Translations under genes and position numbers: made by a program | Shown here: positions 8,734 to 18,731 of the stretch, one piece after another | Layout: each line of letters starts with the position of its first letter | Position numbering within the stretch: the first letter of the stretch is position 1 | Source of the DNA: Candidatus Wirthbacteria bacterium | GTDB taxonomy: Bacteria; Patescibacteriota; CG2-30-54-11 | DNA: 64,000 nt | Direction of reading: 5' to 3' | Assembly: GCA_903889905.1 (NCBI GenBank) | Contig: CAISZI010000047.1 | Coordinates: forward strand, 16,096-80,095 | The notes under the pieces: generated by a model | What the model was told of the DNA's origin: nothing | Seen by the model: only the letters and a program-made list of their open reading frames with translations | Database searches by the model: none

Positions 8734-11661
8734 ATGACCAATAACAACAGTAAATCCGGTTTTTTTAACTGGTGGGGAAAAACGGTAGTCCGTTTCCGGT
8801 GGACAATCCTTGTTTTGTGGCTTGTGGCATTGGGACTGGTGATGGCACTGGCGCCCAAACTGGCGGACGTCACAACTTCAGACGCGAATGGCATCTTGCC
8901 TGATCAGGCCATTAGTGTCCAGGCGCTTGCTGCAGCCAAAAAATATTTTCCCACCCAGGCCGCGCCTAGCCAGGCAGTCGTGTTGTTGGTAAGTAGTGGT
9001 GCCTCCCTCGCTGACGCCAGGTTAACCGATTTTGTGGCGGATTACACCAATTGGCTCAAAACTTCCTTTGACCCCAAACTTGTCACCCAGATTCTCTCGC
9101 CGGCTGACCCCAGCCTGAAAGCCGGACTGACAAGCCCAGACCAAAAATCCGAAATGATTTACATCGGTTTGCAGGCAGGCCCCGATGATCCACGCGTATA
9201 TTCCATCCTGACGCAACTGCGCGAAAAACTTAAACAAGCTCCAACCGGTTACACTTCATACCTGACCGGCGGGGCTGCCATCCTGAGTGACTATACCCAT
9301 CAGGCCACGAGCAGCGTGGACAGCACGACCAGTATCACGATTGTGCTGGTCGTGATCATTTTGCTGCTCATCTTCCGCTCACCAGTGACGCCGATTGTAC
9401 CACTGGCAACCATTGGTGTGTCCTATCTGATCACCATTGGCATTGTCGCGTGGCTGACGCACTTTGGTCTCACGGTGGTCAGCTTCACGCAGGCATTTCT
9501 GGTCGTGGTGTTGTTTGGCGTCGGTACCGATTATTGCCTGTTTATCGTGAGCCGCTTTCGGGAATTTGTCGCCGCTGGCGATGCGCCACATCAGGCCGCC
9601 AGTAAAGGCATCGCGCGGGTAGGAGAAACCATCACCAGCAGTGCCGGTACCGTTGTCGTTGGCATGCTCGTCATGGCTACAGCCAAGATGAAACTATTTT
9701 CCACCTCGGGCCCGGATATTGCCGTAGGCGTCGTCATTACTTTGCTCTGCGCCCTCACCTTTACGCCGGCACTGCTATCCATACTTGGCAAAAAAGCATT
9801 TTGGCTTTCTTCCATCCATCCCAAAGCCGAAGGTAGCCGCATCTGGGTGGCGATGGCCAACTTTGTCGCGCGCCATAAATGGTTGCCACTCATCCTTGCG
9901 GGGATTCTGCTGTTTCCGCTTGCAGTGCTTGGAACAACCGCCAAACAAACTTTTGACATGACTGCCGACCTATCGGACAAAGTGTTGTCTAAACAGGGAT
10001 TTAACGTCATGTCTTCGCATTTTGGCGCGGGAGAAATGCAGCCACTGGATCTGATCATAACCCATTTTGGGGATTACCAAAGTGTCGTCGGTCTGACGCA
10101 AATTCAACAGCTCACCGATCGTGTCCGTCAGATTGACGGGATTGCCTCGGTGCGCAGCCTGACTTCTCCCGATGGCAGTCAGGATAGCGCAGCAAGTGAT
10201 TTGATGCAGGTAACAGGCCAGCTCAAAATGATCCAAACCATGCTGCCAGGTAACAATTCCAGTGCCACCCAAACCGCCGCTACCGCAGCAAGGGCAACTG
10301 ACCTGGACACACTGGGACAGTATTTTAACTCCGTCCAAAGCCAATTCACCGACATTGACGACACCCTGTTTCAAGCTGTACAAGCCGATTTTCATAACCT
10401 GGAAACCAGTATGGCCAGCTGTGGTCAGCCGATTTTTGTTGGCGACCAACTGCGGTATATGGCCAGTCTGATCGGCGTCGCGAACGTAGACGTGGCCTCC
10501 AAAAATGCTGCACTCTCCGGCACGGCCCAGTTAAAAACGCTGCAAGACTATGTAACGGGACTCGGTAACAGTCTGCCAACGCTCCAACAAACCAACGCAT
10601 TCAGCGCACTTCAACAACAAGTCCAACTGCTTGCGCTGGCAGCCACCCTGACGACAAATTCACAGACATTGACGCCCAGCCAGCCATCGAACGCCGCCTC
10701 ACTGCAAACGGGACTGATCAGTAAAATCAACCAGCTGGCGACCAAGGCTGACCAAATCGCGCCGCATGTCATTTTTATCCCCTCAGGTCAGTCGACTGAC
10801 CTCTCGGCACTAGCAAGCCTGCCTCAAGTTCAACAATCCCTGCAAGCGCTGACCCAGTCCATTGCCAAACTGGAGCAAGCTTTTGGCCAACGTGCTCCGG
10901 CATATTTTTTGCCTTTGGCTCTGGCAGGTGATAACGCGGCCTTTGCGACCATGCTCAAGACATACACCTCGGCTACTGATCAAGCCATCCGCTTACAAAT
11001 TGTACTGCGTGATGATCCTTATTCCGATGCGGCCATGGCCACCTCCAACCGCCTGCTGCAGCAATTCAAACCAGGCAGCAACGTGTACTTAAGTGGCACC
11101 AGCCCGAACATGCTGGATATCAAAAATACCCTGCATGCCGACACCATCCAAATGATAGCGCTTGTCCTGATTGGCATTGCCATCGTGCTTATGCTGCTCT
11201 TGCGTTCGATCGTGGCGCCGATTTATCTGCTGGCGACAATATTGCTCAGTTACCTGTCGACACTTGGCGTTTGTCAGCTCGTCTTTGGCACCTGGCTGCA
11301 CAAAGACCTGACCTGGTGGGTACCGTTTTTTATGTTTGTTTTGCTCGTGGCGCTGGGCGTGGACTACAACATCTTCCTCATAGGTCGTGTCAAGGAAGAA
11401 ACTAAAAGTCATGGTACTGTCGATGGTATTCGTTTGGCACTGCAGCACACTGGCGGGATCATCACCTCAGCAGGTATCATCCTGGCAGGCACGTTTGCTG
11501 CCATGATGTCAGGCTCAATCCTGGGGTTGGTAGAAATTGGCTTTGCGGTGACAGTTGGCGTTTTACTGGACACCTTTGTCATTCGCACTACCGTGGTTCC
11601 AGCTATTGCGCTCATGTTGGACAAGTGGAACTGGTGGCCAAGCCACGCTCCCAAAGATTAA
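8734..11661 (+). CDS. MMPL/RND-superfamily membrane transporter with an extended Gln-rich second periplasmic domain
   Basis: 12-TM MMPL topology; conserved GVGTDYCLFIVSRFRE and GVDYNIFLIGRVKEE motifs in TM4/TM10; a ~390-aa Q/L-rich insertion between TM6 and TM7. Confidence 0.85.
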   Translation: MTNNNSKSGFFNWWGKTVVRFRWTILVLWLVALGLVMALAPKLADVTTSDANGILPDQAISVQALAAAKKYFPTQAAPSQAVVLLVSSGASLADARLTDFVADYTNWLKTSFDPKLVTQILSPADPSLKAGLTSPDQKSEMIYIGLQAGPDDPRVYSILTQLREKLKQAPTGYTSYLTGGAAILSDYTHQATSSVDSTTSITIVLVVIILLLIFRSPVTPIVPLATIGVSYLITIGIVAWLTHFGLTVVSFTQAFLVVVLFGVGTDYCLFIVSRFREFVAAGDAPHQAASKGIARVGETITSSAGTVVVGMLVMATAKMKLFSTSGPDIAVGVVITLLCALTFTPALLSILGKKAFWLSSIHPKAEGSRIWVAMANFVARHKWLPLILAGILLFPLAVLGTTAKQTFDMTADLSDKVLSKQGFNVMSSHFGAGEMQPLDLIITHFGDYQSVVGLTQIQQLTDRVRQIDGIASVRSLTSPDGSQDSAASDLMQVTGQLKMIQTMLPGNNSSATQTAATAARATDLDTLGQYFNSVQSQFTDIDDTLFQAVQADFHNLETSMASCGQPIFVGDQLRYMASLIGVANVDVASKNAALSGTAQLKTLQDYVTGLGNSLPTLQQTNAFSALQQQVQLLALAATLTTNSQTLTPSQPSNAASLQTGLISKINQLATKADQIAPHVIFIPSGQSTDLSALASLPQVQQSLQALTQSIAKLEQAFGQRAPAYFLPLALAGDNAAFATMLKTYTSATDQAIRLQIVLRDDPYSDAAMATSNRLLQQFKPGSNVYLSGTSPNMLDIKNTLHADTIQMIALVLIGIAIVLMLLLRSIVAPIYLLATILLSYLSTLGVCQLVFGTWLHKDLTWWVPFFMFVLLVALGVDYNIFLIGRVKEETKSHGTVDGIRLALQHTGGIITSAGIILAGTFAAMMSGSILGLVEIGFAVTVGVLLDTFVIRTTVVPAIALMLDKWNWWPSHAPKD

Positions 11662-11666
11662 CACGC

Positions 11667-12239
11667 TCACCACTTTGACGGCGCAGTGTAGCGATCTTTA
11701 TCGACTGGTTTGTCATACGCTTTGGCCAGATGCCCAAAGCGCTGCATGATCGCCAGACAGACATTGGCGTCGGTGAGTGCCCGGTGCGACTGAAAATCGA
11801 GATCGAGATGGTTTTTGATCGTACCAAGTTGATGGTTGGGTAAATGCGGTAAAGCGGTTTTGGCAAGCCTGGCGGTACATACCCTCAGGTTTTGCATCAG
11901 TGGCAATTCCTCCCGGGCAAATTCGGCATTGAGAAAATTAAAATCAAAATACACGTTGTGCGCTACAAACAAATCGTCACCCACCAGCTCTCGCACATGG
12001 GCAAAAACCCGGAATGGATCCTGACCGTCGTTTTTCACCATCGCGGTGGTAATCCCGGTAAACCGTGTGATCGCCGCCGGTACGCGCTCCACCGTCTGGA
12101 TCAAGGCCTGATATTCAGCCACAACCCGGCCTGCTTCCACACGAATTGCACCTACCTCAATCACCCGGTTTTGCTTTGGACTAAAGCCGGTCGTTTCGGT
12201 ATCAATGATCGTGTAACGCTCAAGGCTTGGTGGTGGCAT
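11667..12239 (-). CDS. DnaQ-like 3'-5' exonuclease (DEDDh family), stand-alone
   Basis: Exo I IDTETTG, Exo II FVAHNVYFDFNFL, Exo III HRALTDA; 190 aa with no polymerase or other fused domain. Confidence 0.8.
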   Translation of the reverse strand: MPPPSLERYTIIDTETTGFSPKQNRVIEVGAIRVEAGRVVAEYQALIQTVERVPAAITRFTGITTAMVKNDGQDPFRVFAHVRELVGDDLFVAHNVYFDFNFLNAEFAREELPLMQNLRVCTARLAKTALPHLPNHQLGTIKNHLDLDFQSHRALTDANVCLAIMQRFGHLAKAYDKPVDKDRYTAPSKW

Positions 12240-12320
12240 TGTTTACAATTCAACAAACGTTTAAATCCCCTCAGCAACCATGTTACGATACATTCGCTAA
12301 TTATTCATCAAGGAGCTTCC

Positions 12321-13451
12321 ATGATCTACAGCGGCCTTTCGGGCAATGAACTTTACTGCGTTGATAAACTTGGCTACACCCCAGGTGATTTACTGATTGG
12401 TAACAGCGTTTTCTCGGTCGGACTCCTAGGTGGCCTCCGGGCCGGTTTCCGTGGACTGGTGGGTGGTGAAATTACCGATTATACCCACATGATTGCCGAG
12501 GGCCGAAGGTTATCCTTTGAACGGCTCGAAAAAGAAATTACGGATCGTGAAGGTGTTGGCGCAACAGGAGTTACCAGCGAACTGGTTTTTCACTCCGGCA
12601 ACATTGAGTTTTTGTCCGTGGCTTCCGCACTGCATGGACCAGAGGCGAGCGATGGCCGCAAGTTTACGACCTCGAGCGACGGGCAGGAATTTTATTGCCA
12701 GATGGACGCCAATTACACCCCACGCAAATTTGTCTTTGGCAATGTCGCCTACTCGATTGGCGTGGGACAGGGCATCATGGGCGGCCTGAAGCAACTCAAA
12801 CGCGGTGAGATCAAGGAATACACCCAAATTTTCAACACCACCCGCAACCTCGCCCTCGACCGTATCGTTGCTGAAGCCAAAACCGTCGACGCCAACGCGG
12901 TGGTCGGCATTGAAACCACCATATTGCCATTCCAGTCTGCTGGTGTGCAGGAAATGCTGATGATCGGTACCTCCTCCCACAATCCAAATCTACCTGCAGG
13001 CGACATAGTAACCAGTGACCTCACGTGTGAAGAAATGTGGAACCTGACCAATATGGGTTATATTCCCCAGAAACTGTTGCTGGGAACCTCAGTCTACTCA
13101 CTCGGCTTTATTGGCGGCCTCAAATCGTTTTTCAAAAACATGGTCAAAGGCGAAATCAATGAACTCACGACGCTGATCTATGAAGCACGCGAAGAATCAA
13201 TCGGCAAGATTTCCGCCGAAGCCCAAAAAATCGGGGCCGATGACGTCGTCGGCATCAAAACCTATGTTTATGCCCTAGGCGGTGGCCTGATTGAATTCCT
13301 GGCCATTGGCACAGCGATCAAAAAAATAGGACCGTCCATCACCACCAAATCCCCTCAGCTCCTGCCGCAATGCATTATCCGCGACAAAGATACTTTCTAC
13401 AATTCAGCAGAAGTCAGTTTTGGTGTCGATCTGAATGCCCAGACTCGCTAG
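12321..13451 (+). CDS. Protein with three tandem YbjQ/UPF0145 (DUF74) domains
   Basis: Three ~110-aa repeats, each with the G-x-S-V-x-S/LGGL-x-G-GGEI/GEI core; RBS AAGGAG 6 nt before the ATG at 12321; the track ORF from 11892 is an upstream extension antisense to the exonuclease. Confidence 0.8.
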   Translation: MIYSGLSGNELYCVDKLGYTPGDLLIGNSVFSVGLLGGLRAGFRGLVGGEITDYTHMIAEGRRLSFERLEKEITDREGVGATGVTSELVFHSGNIEFLSVASALHGPEASDGRKFTTSSDGQEFYCQMDANYTPRKFVFGNVAYSIGVGQGIMGGLKQLKRGEIKEYTQIFNTTRNLALDRIVAEAKTVDANAVVGIETTILPFQSAGVQEMLMIGTSSHNPNLPAGDIVTSDLTCEEMWNLTNMGYIPQKLLLGTSVYSLGFIGGLKSFFKNMVKGEINELTTLIYEAREESIGKISAEAQKIGADDVVGIKTYVYALGGGLIEFLAIGTAIKKIGPSITTKSPQLLPQCIIRDKDTFYNSAEVSFGVDLNAQTR

Positions 13452-13463
13452 ACTGGCTTACCA

Positions 13464-14099
13464 ATGCCGTCACCACAACCCATATCCCCTCCCCGACGCG
13501 TTATTCCATTGCTACTGCTGGTGGGAATCGTTGCCATTGTTTTGCTTGCTTCCCAACTGCTAATCCTGACATCAGGGATGATGCCGTCACTGTCCACAAA
13601 CAGAAGCACGGACAGTCCATCAACAGTGCCCATTTCACTTCCCGCCACCGCCGTTTCTGCCAAGGGCTCGCTTTGTCAACTCGACAACATGCTCCCTGAT
13701 CCAATCTGTACCCCTGGTGCCGCCGATCCCCGGGTGACACAAGCCAATTTGCACAGCACCATTTGCTCGTCAGGGTATTCTGCCAGTGTGCGGCCAGCGG
13801 TATCCGTCACCAACAAGATCAAAAAAGAGCGGCTACAAGCCTATGGCTTGAAAGGTACGATGCAGGAGTATGAACTCGACCATCTCATTTCACTCGAACT
13901 GGGCGGTGCGCCAGCAAGTGTGTCCAACCTGTGGCCCGAACCTTATGCCGGTAGCGACAATGCGCATGACAAAGATGTCGTGGAAAACTACCTGCACGAA
14001 CAAGTTTGTAGTGATAAAATGACACTACAGGCAACGCAAACCGCCATCAGCACAAACTGGATCAAAGTCTATGACCAGATCCAGGCTGCCAAACACTAG
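13464..14099 (+). CDS. Membrane-anchored HNH/beta-beta-alpha-Me-like nuclease-domain protein
   Basis: N-terminal signal anchor VIPLLLLVGIVAIVLLA; EYELDHLISLELGG...NLW resembles the HNH core (DH...GG...N), bracketed by Cys residues. Confidence 0.45.
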   Translation: MPSPQPISPPRRVIPLLLLVGIVAIVLLASQLLILTSGMMPSLSTNRSTDSPSTVPISLPATAVSAKGSLCQLDNMLPDPICTPGAADPRVTQANLHSTICSSGYSASVRPAVSVTNKIKKERLQAYGLKGTMQEYELDHLISLELGGAPASVSNLWPEPYAGSDNAHDKDVVENYLHEQVCSDKMTLQATQTAISTNWIKVYDQIQAAKH

Positions 14100-14102
14100 C
14101 TA

Positions 14103-15305
14103 CTATCTTTGGTACAAATAAAAGAAGTCCTTGTCATAACCGTGCAGGTACTGGCTGGAGCCATCTTTGAGGTCACGTGTCAATGTCGTGGACTTGTACT
14201 GGCCGCTGCCGATCGATTCAAATATATTGAAACGTACCCAGTTGGGGTTGATGTCGAGTTGAATGGCATTGACGGCACCGGCGGCCTTAAGCGCGGCACC
14301 AAGCGTGGCAGGAACCAGATTGTTCCCCACAGCAAAAATCAAGTTGCCATCCTTGTCCAAACCCATTCCCGTCCGCCAGGTGTAAATGTCCGTGGTCATG
14401 GTGCGACCCCAAAGTGCGCGGTTTTTGGGGTCCGACGTTGTGATCTCGCCATTTTCAATCATAATCGGACAGTTCTGTCGTACAAACGCCACGTTGGGGC
14501 CCAAATCCTGGCCGCTGTAATTAATGATTTTGAGCGAACCGTCTTTGTATCCGACGATTGTCCCGAGGTCGTTTTTGAGTGGTAGATAGGTCATGTCTCC
14601 TACGATCATCCCGTACTGGCCGTCTTTGTATTGAAATCCACCATCAAAGGCCGCCAGCAGCGTACCCGCCTGTACGATCTCATCCGGAACCTTGCCGGGG
14701 CCATGTTTGCCAATAATGCCAGCGGGCTCTGAACGACCGGCAACCGTACCCATACGGATCAGAGACATATCCACCTTGAGCAAAGTCACCACGGTGAACT
14801 GACGGCTATCATCAGGCCGTACAAAAGTATGTGCCATCACTTCCTTGCCTGGGTAGGCAGCGAGTGGATTGTCCTTCCAAACACCTTCATGCGCCAGCGC
14901 CTTGAACTTGGGGTTGGGCGGAATGTCCGTCAGCGTAAAATGCCGACTTTCCACCACCGGTAGGCTGGCAGGAGTGGCTGATGGAGAAACTGCATCAACA
15001 AACTGGGGAGCTTCTGCTTTGGCACCAGTAATCTGCTGGACTTTGTCGGAAATATTGAAAAAAACTTTTTCAATAAAAATCACATTGTTGGACCCCAGCA
15101 GTGGCCGCAGTACTTTGTCGGTAAAATCAGCGGCCGCCGAGGTGTTTAATTTGACAAACAAAACACCTGCAATCGCCAGAGTCAACAAAAAAACAAAACA
15201 TCCAATGACAATTTTCAGCACCAGTGGCCTGGATTTGGGTTTGGATTTGAGCCGCTGTTTTGATCCAGCTGGCCGGACAAGCGGAAGCGGCGTAAGTTCT
15301 GACAT
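14103..15305 (-). CDS. Membrane-anchored phosphodiester-glycosidase family (DUF2233/NAGPA-like) protein
   Basis: N-terminal basic segment plus TM helix; C-terminal ~250 aa (AAFDGGFQYKDG...VNAIQLD) resembles the DUF2233 fold family. Confidence 0.55.
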   Translation of the reverse strand: MSELTPLPLVRPAGSKQRLKSKPKSRPLVLKIVIGCFVFLLTLAIAGVLFVKLNTSAAADFTDKVLRPLLGSNNVIFIEKVFFNISDKVQQITGAKAEAPQFVDAVSPSATPASLPVVESRHFTLTDIPPNPKFKALAHEGVWKDNPLAAYPGKEVMAHTFVRPDDSRQFTVVTLLKVDMSLIRMGTVAGRSEPAGIIGKHGPGKVPDEIVQAGTLLAAFDGGFQYKDGQYGMIVGDMTYLPLKNDLGTIVGYKDGSLKIINYSGQDLGPNVAFVRQNCPIMIENGEITTSDPKNRALWGRTMTTDIYTWRTGMGLDKDGNLIFAVGNNLVPATLGAALKAAGAVNAIQLDINPNWVRFNIFESIGSGQYKSTTLTRDLKDGSSQYLHGYDKDFFYLYQR

Positions 15306-15407
15306 ATTGACCCTACAACATTAACGATAAGCAAACGATAGAGAGTCCCACATTAAAAGTGGATTAGAGAATATCGCAAGCACTGCCTAACTGCAATACT
15401 CATAGCA

Positions 15408-16640
15408 TTATCCTTGCCTGCGCATAATTTTTCGCCGTTCTTGCCAGCCAAAGGTTAAACCAGCCAGCACTGCCGCCACACCACCCGCCAGCAGCCCAAA
15501 ACGTGGCCCCAGTGCAGCAGAAATCCATCCGACGATTGGCCCACCCACCGCCGTAGACCCCAAAAAGGCCATTGCCCAGTAGGACATGACACGGCCACGG
15601 AGTCTGGGATCACTGTTTATTTGCAATGTACTGTTCCCGAGTGCAATAAACTGGTTGGAAAAAAAACCAGCCACCACCAGGGCAAGCAACGCCAGAATAA
15701 AAGTCGGCATCAAGGCAGCCAAACAGACCGCGAAGCCTAACCCCAAGCCGGCACTGGCAACGAGCGCAACCGTCGCCTGATGACGCCTGGCCGTTAAGAG
15801 ACCTCCCATCACAGATCCCAGGCCAGTGGCTGCAGACAAGGCCGCATAAGTCCCCGCATCGCCATGAAAAACACGTTGTGCCAACGGCGGCAAACTAACC
15901 TGAAATTCATAAGTCATGGTTCCAAGCACAGCCATCAGCAGTAACGCATTGCGCAAAACCGGCGTCTTCCAGACATAACGAAATCCTTCCTGTAATTGTC
16001 CGCCCTGGTGTTGCGACGGTTGCGACATTTCGATTCCCTGCGAACGCATCAGCAGCAGCATGACAATTACGGCAATATATGACAAAGCATTCAACAGAAA
16101 ACACGGTGCCATGCCAACACCCGCAATCAACACACCCGCCATGGCCGGCCCCAGCACACGAGCCAGATTGACCAGGCTGGTGTTGAGTGTAACGGCATTG
16201 CGCACCTCATCCTTGCCTACCATTTCGACAATAAAGGATTGCCGCGATGGATTATCCACCACATTCGTCAACCCAAAGCACAATGCCAACACGATCACCA
16301 TCCACAGTTGTACCCAACCCAAAAGTGTCAGTAATCCCAGGATCAAAGCGAGCACGCCAAAAATTGTCTGCGTCGCAATCAACATGCGGCGTTTGGGAAA
16401 ACGGTCGGCAATCACTCCGCCCCAAGGCCCCAGGACAAGCAAAGGCAGATATTGAATGGCTGCGACAATGCCGAGCAAGGTTGGTGAATGCGTCATGCTG
16501 TAGACGAGCCAGTCCTGTGCAATCGCCTGCATAAACGTACCCGTGACCGATATCACCTGGCCAATAAAATACAGCCGGTAATTGCGTACCCGCAAAGACG
16601 AAAATGTTTCCCGGCCATAAGCTTGAAACGCACGCAACAT
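15408..16640 (-). CDS. MFS transporter (EntS/YbdA-like 12-TM)
   Basis: 12 predicted TM helices with an MFS-type N-terminus (YRLYFIGQVISVTGTFMQ); start abuts the stop of the upstream MacB-like gene. Confidence 0.85.
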   Translation of the reverse strand: MLRAFQAYGRETFSSLRVRNYRLYFIGQVISVTGTFMQAIAQDWLVYSMTHSPTLLGIVAAIQYLPLLVLGPWGGVIADRFPKRRMLIATQTIFGVLALILGLLTLLGWVQLWMVIVLALCFGLTNVVDNPSRQSFIVEMVGKDEVRNAVTLNTSLVNLARVLGPAMAGVLIAGVGMAPCFLLNALSYIAVIVMLLLMRSQGIEMSQPSQHQGGQLQEGFRYVWKTPVLRNALLLMAVLGTMTYEFQVSLPPLAQRVFHGDAGTYAALSAATGLGSVMGGLLTARRHQATVALVASAGLGLGFAVCLAALMPTFILALLALVVAGFFSNQFIALGNSTLQINSDPRLRGRVMSYWAMAFLGSTAVGGPIVGWISAALGPRFGLLAGGVAAVLAGLTFGWQERRKIMRRQG

Positions 16641-18629
16641 TTATTCATCCCTCAACGCATTAACCGGATCCAGTCGTGCCCCGCGCAGTGCGGGCAAGTA
16701 GCCAGCAACCGTCGCTATCAGCATCGAAAAAGCAACCACCCCAACCTGCAAATACCAGGCTGTGTAAAAATGCACGTACTGACTGCCTCCCTGGGAAGCC
16801 ACGATACGGTTTAAAATTATTTCGGCGAGCAAAGACCCAAACGCACCCAGAATAAGCCCCATCACTCCGCCGATCAAACCAATCAGCAATGCTTCCGCAA
16901 TGAATATCGTCTGGATATCCCAAGCTCGCGCGCCCACGGCTTTCATGATGCCAATTTCCCGCAGTCGTTCGAGAATCGACATCAGCATGGTATTGACGAT
17001 GCCCAGGGACGCCACGATCAAGGCGATGCCTCCCAGCAGTCCAAACAGCGCCTGCAAAATCGAAAAAGCCCGTGCCTGCGTTTTGGCAACCAGCGCATAA
17101 GAATGGGTGGTATAACCCAGATTGCGGACCTCGTTGTCAACCTCAGTAACCGAGGCAGCATCAGTCACCTGCACAATGCCAGCCGCATAAATCGCTGTAT
17201 CGGTCTGCAGATTTTCAGATGTGATTTGTTTGATCGATTTGAGCATGTTGGCAGCAGTGGCAGAGGGAATCCAAATTTGGGTATCACTAAAATCAAGCTG
17301 GCTCATGACGCCCGTCACCGTGAGCGGAAATGCTTTCTGTTCCGGTGCAATGGTTAAGGTAAGCTGCTGGCCAATGATTTGTGCTGCATCCGCATAGCCC
17401 AGTACGACAGCAAGACCGTGCGGAATAATCACCGCCACTTCGTCGTCGCTCGTGAAAAAACGACCAAAAGCCACTTTCCCGCGCATCGCCTCGGTCACGT
17501 CCGCTAGCGGGGGCAAAGCCTGACTATTCAATTTCCCCCGCTTCTCCAGCAACGCAACGACACCCGTAAAATTAATCACCGGATAAGCAGCTTTGACATG
17601 CGTCAGAGCGCCCAAGTCGTGCAGGACACGATCGTTGATGGGTACGATCTCGGCCACCTGGAACTTGGAGCTCTCGTTGCTGGGCTTAAAATCCACTGTG
17701 CCCGCTTTAGTCTGACTAAACTGGATCTGCTCGATTTGCTGAAACTGAGAGGCCTGAAAAAGGGCCTCGCGCTGCAGTCCCGCCACAAAGGAAACCAAGG
17801 TGATGATCATGCCACCGCCGATCGCCACCCCAAAGGCGGTCAAAAAAATACGTAATTTACGCCGACGAATGTTATTGAGGGCCAGCGCAAACTTCGCCCA
17901 AAAACCAATGTTACGGGTCGGATGAGTGACAAAATCGCGAGACGCTGCTTGTTTGATGTGCGTCTCATTGCTGACGATTTTACCATCCAGCATTTTGACC
18001 ACCCGGTCCGCAGTCTGACCATAAACTTCGTTGTGCGTTACCAAAATGATCGTGTGACCCTGCCCATGCAGCTGATGCAGCAGCTCCAGAATTTCCTGAC
18101 CCGTTTTGGAGTCCAAATTGCCCGTCGGTTCATCACAAAGCAAAATTTCCGGTTCATTCACCAGGGCACGTGCAATAGCAGTGCGTTGTTGCTGGCCACC
18201 CGACAATTTGCCCGGTTTGCTCGAGAGCCGATCCTGCAGTCCCACCCGCTCCAAGGCTTTGTGTGCCTGCTCATGTTGTTGTTTGGTACCAACGCCAGCA
18301 AATTTGAGCGGCAATGCAACATTTTCCAGAATGCTCATGTCATGGATCAGGTTGAATTTTTGAAAAATCATCCCTATCTGTTCACGCCGGTAGCCGGCTT
18401 TGGCGTCAGGTTTGAGTTTCAGGAGATCCGTTTTTCCAACTTGTACTGCTCCACTATCCGGAACGTCCATGCCGCCCAGAATATTGAGCAAAGTGGACTT
18501 GCCACACCCCGACGGCCCCAGAATGACAACAAATTCGCCGGATTCGATCTCCAGATTGACGCCATCTAGAGCCCGGATATCGGCGTCTTCCAGATGGTAA
18601 ATCTTACTCAACTGACTCAGCTTGATCAT
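16641..18629 (-). CDS. macB: MacB-type ABC transporter (N-terminal ATPase fused to an FtsX-type permease)
   Basis: Walker [25 protein letters not shown] signature, D-loop, then TM1 - ~250-aa periplasmic domain - 3 TM helices (FtsX architecture). Confidence 0.9.
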   Translation of the reverse strand: MIKLSQLSKIYHLEDADIRALDGVNLEIESGEFVVILGPSGCGKSTLLNILGGMDVPDSGAVQVGKTDLLKLKPDAKAGYRREQIGMIFQKFNLIHDMSILENVALPLKFAGVGTKQQHEQAHKALERVGLQDRLSSKPGKLSGGQQQRTAIARALVNEPEILLCDEPTGNLDSKTGQEILELLHQLHGQGHTIILVTHNEVYGQTADRVVKMLDGKIVSNETHIKQAASRDFVTHPTRNIGFWAKFALALNNIRRRKLRIFLTAFGVAIGGGMIITLVSFVAGLQREALFQASQFQQIEQIQFSQTKAGTVDFKPSNESSKFQVAEIVPINDRVLHDLGALTHVKAAYPVINFTGVVALLEKRGKLNSQALPPLADVTEAMRGKVAFGRFFTSDDEVAVIIPHGLAVVLGYADAAQIIGQQLTLTIAPEQKAFPLTVTGVMSQLDFSDTQIWIPSATAANMLKSIKQITSENLQTDTAIYAAGIVQVTDAASVTEVDNEVRNLGYTTHSYALVAKTQARAFSILQALFGLLGGIALIVASLGIVNTMLMSILERLREIGIMKAVGARAWDIQTIFIAEALLIGLIGGVMGLILGAFGSLLAEIILNRIVASQGGSQYVHFYTAWYLQVGVVAFSMLIATVAGYLPALRGARLDPVNALRDE

Positions 18630-18731
18630 GACAAAGCCAAAAAGGGTAAAGCAGTTGCATGATAACGCTGCTGTATCAAACTGTCTAACCAGTCTGTATG
18701 TTATAATAGAACGATTGCATTAACCCATCAG

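Noticed and set aside
11892-12320. Upstream 143-codon extension of the track ORF 11892..13451
   Set aside because: The extension is antisense to the DnaQ exonuclease gene. A strong AAGGAG RBS precedes the ATG at 12321, which begins the first YbjQ repeat.
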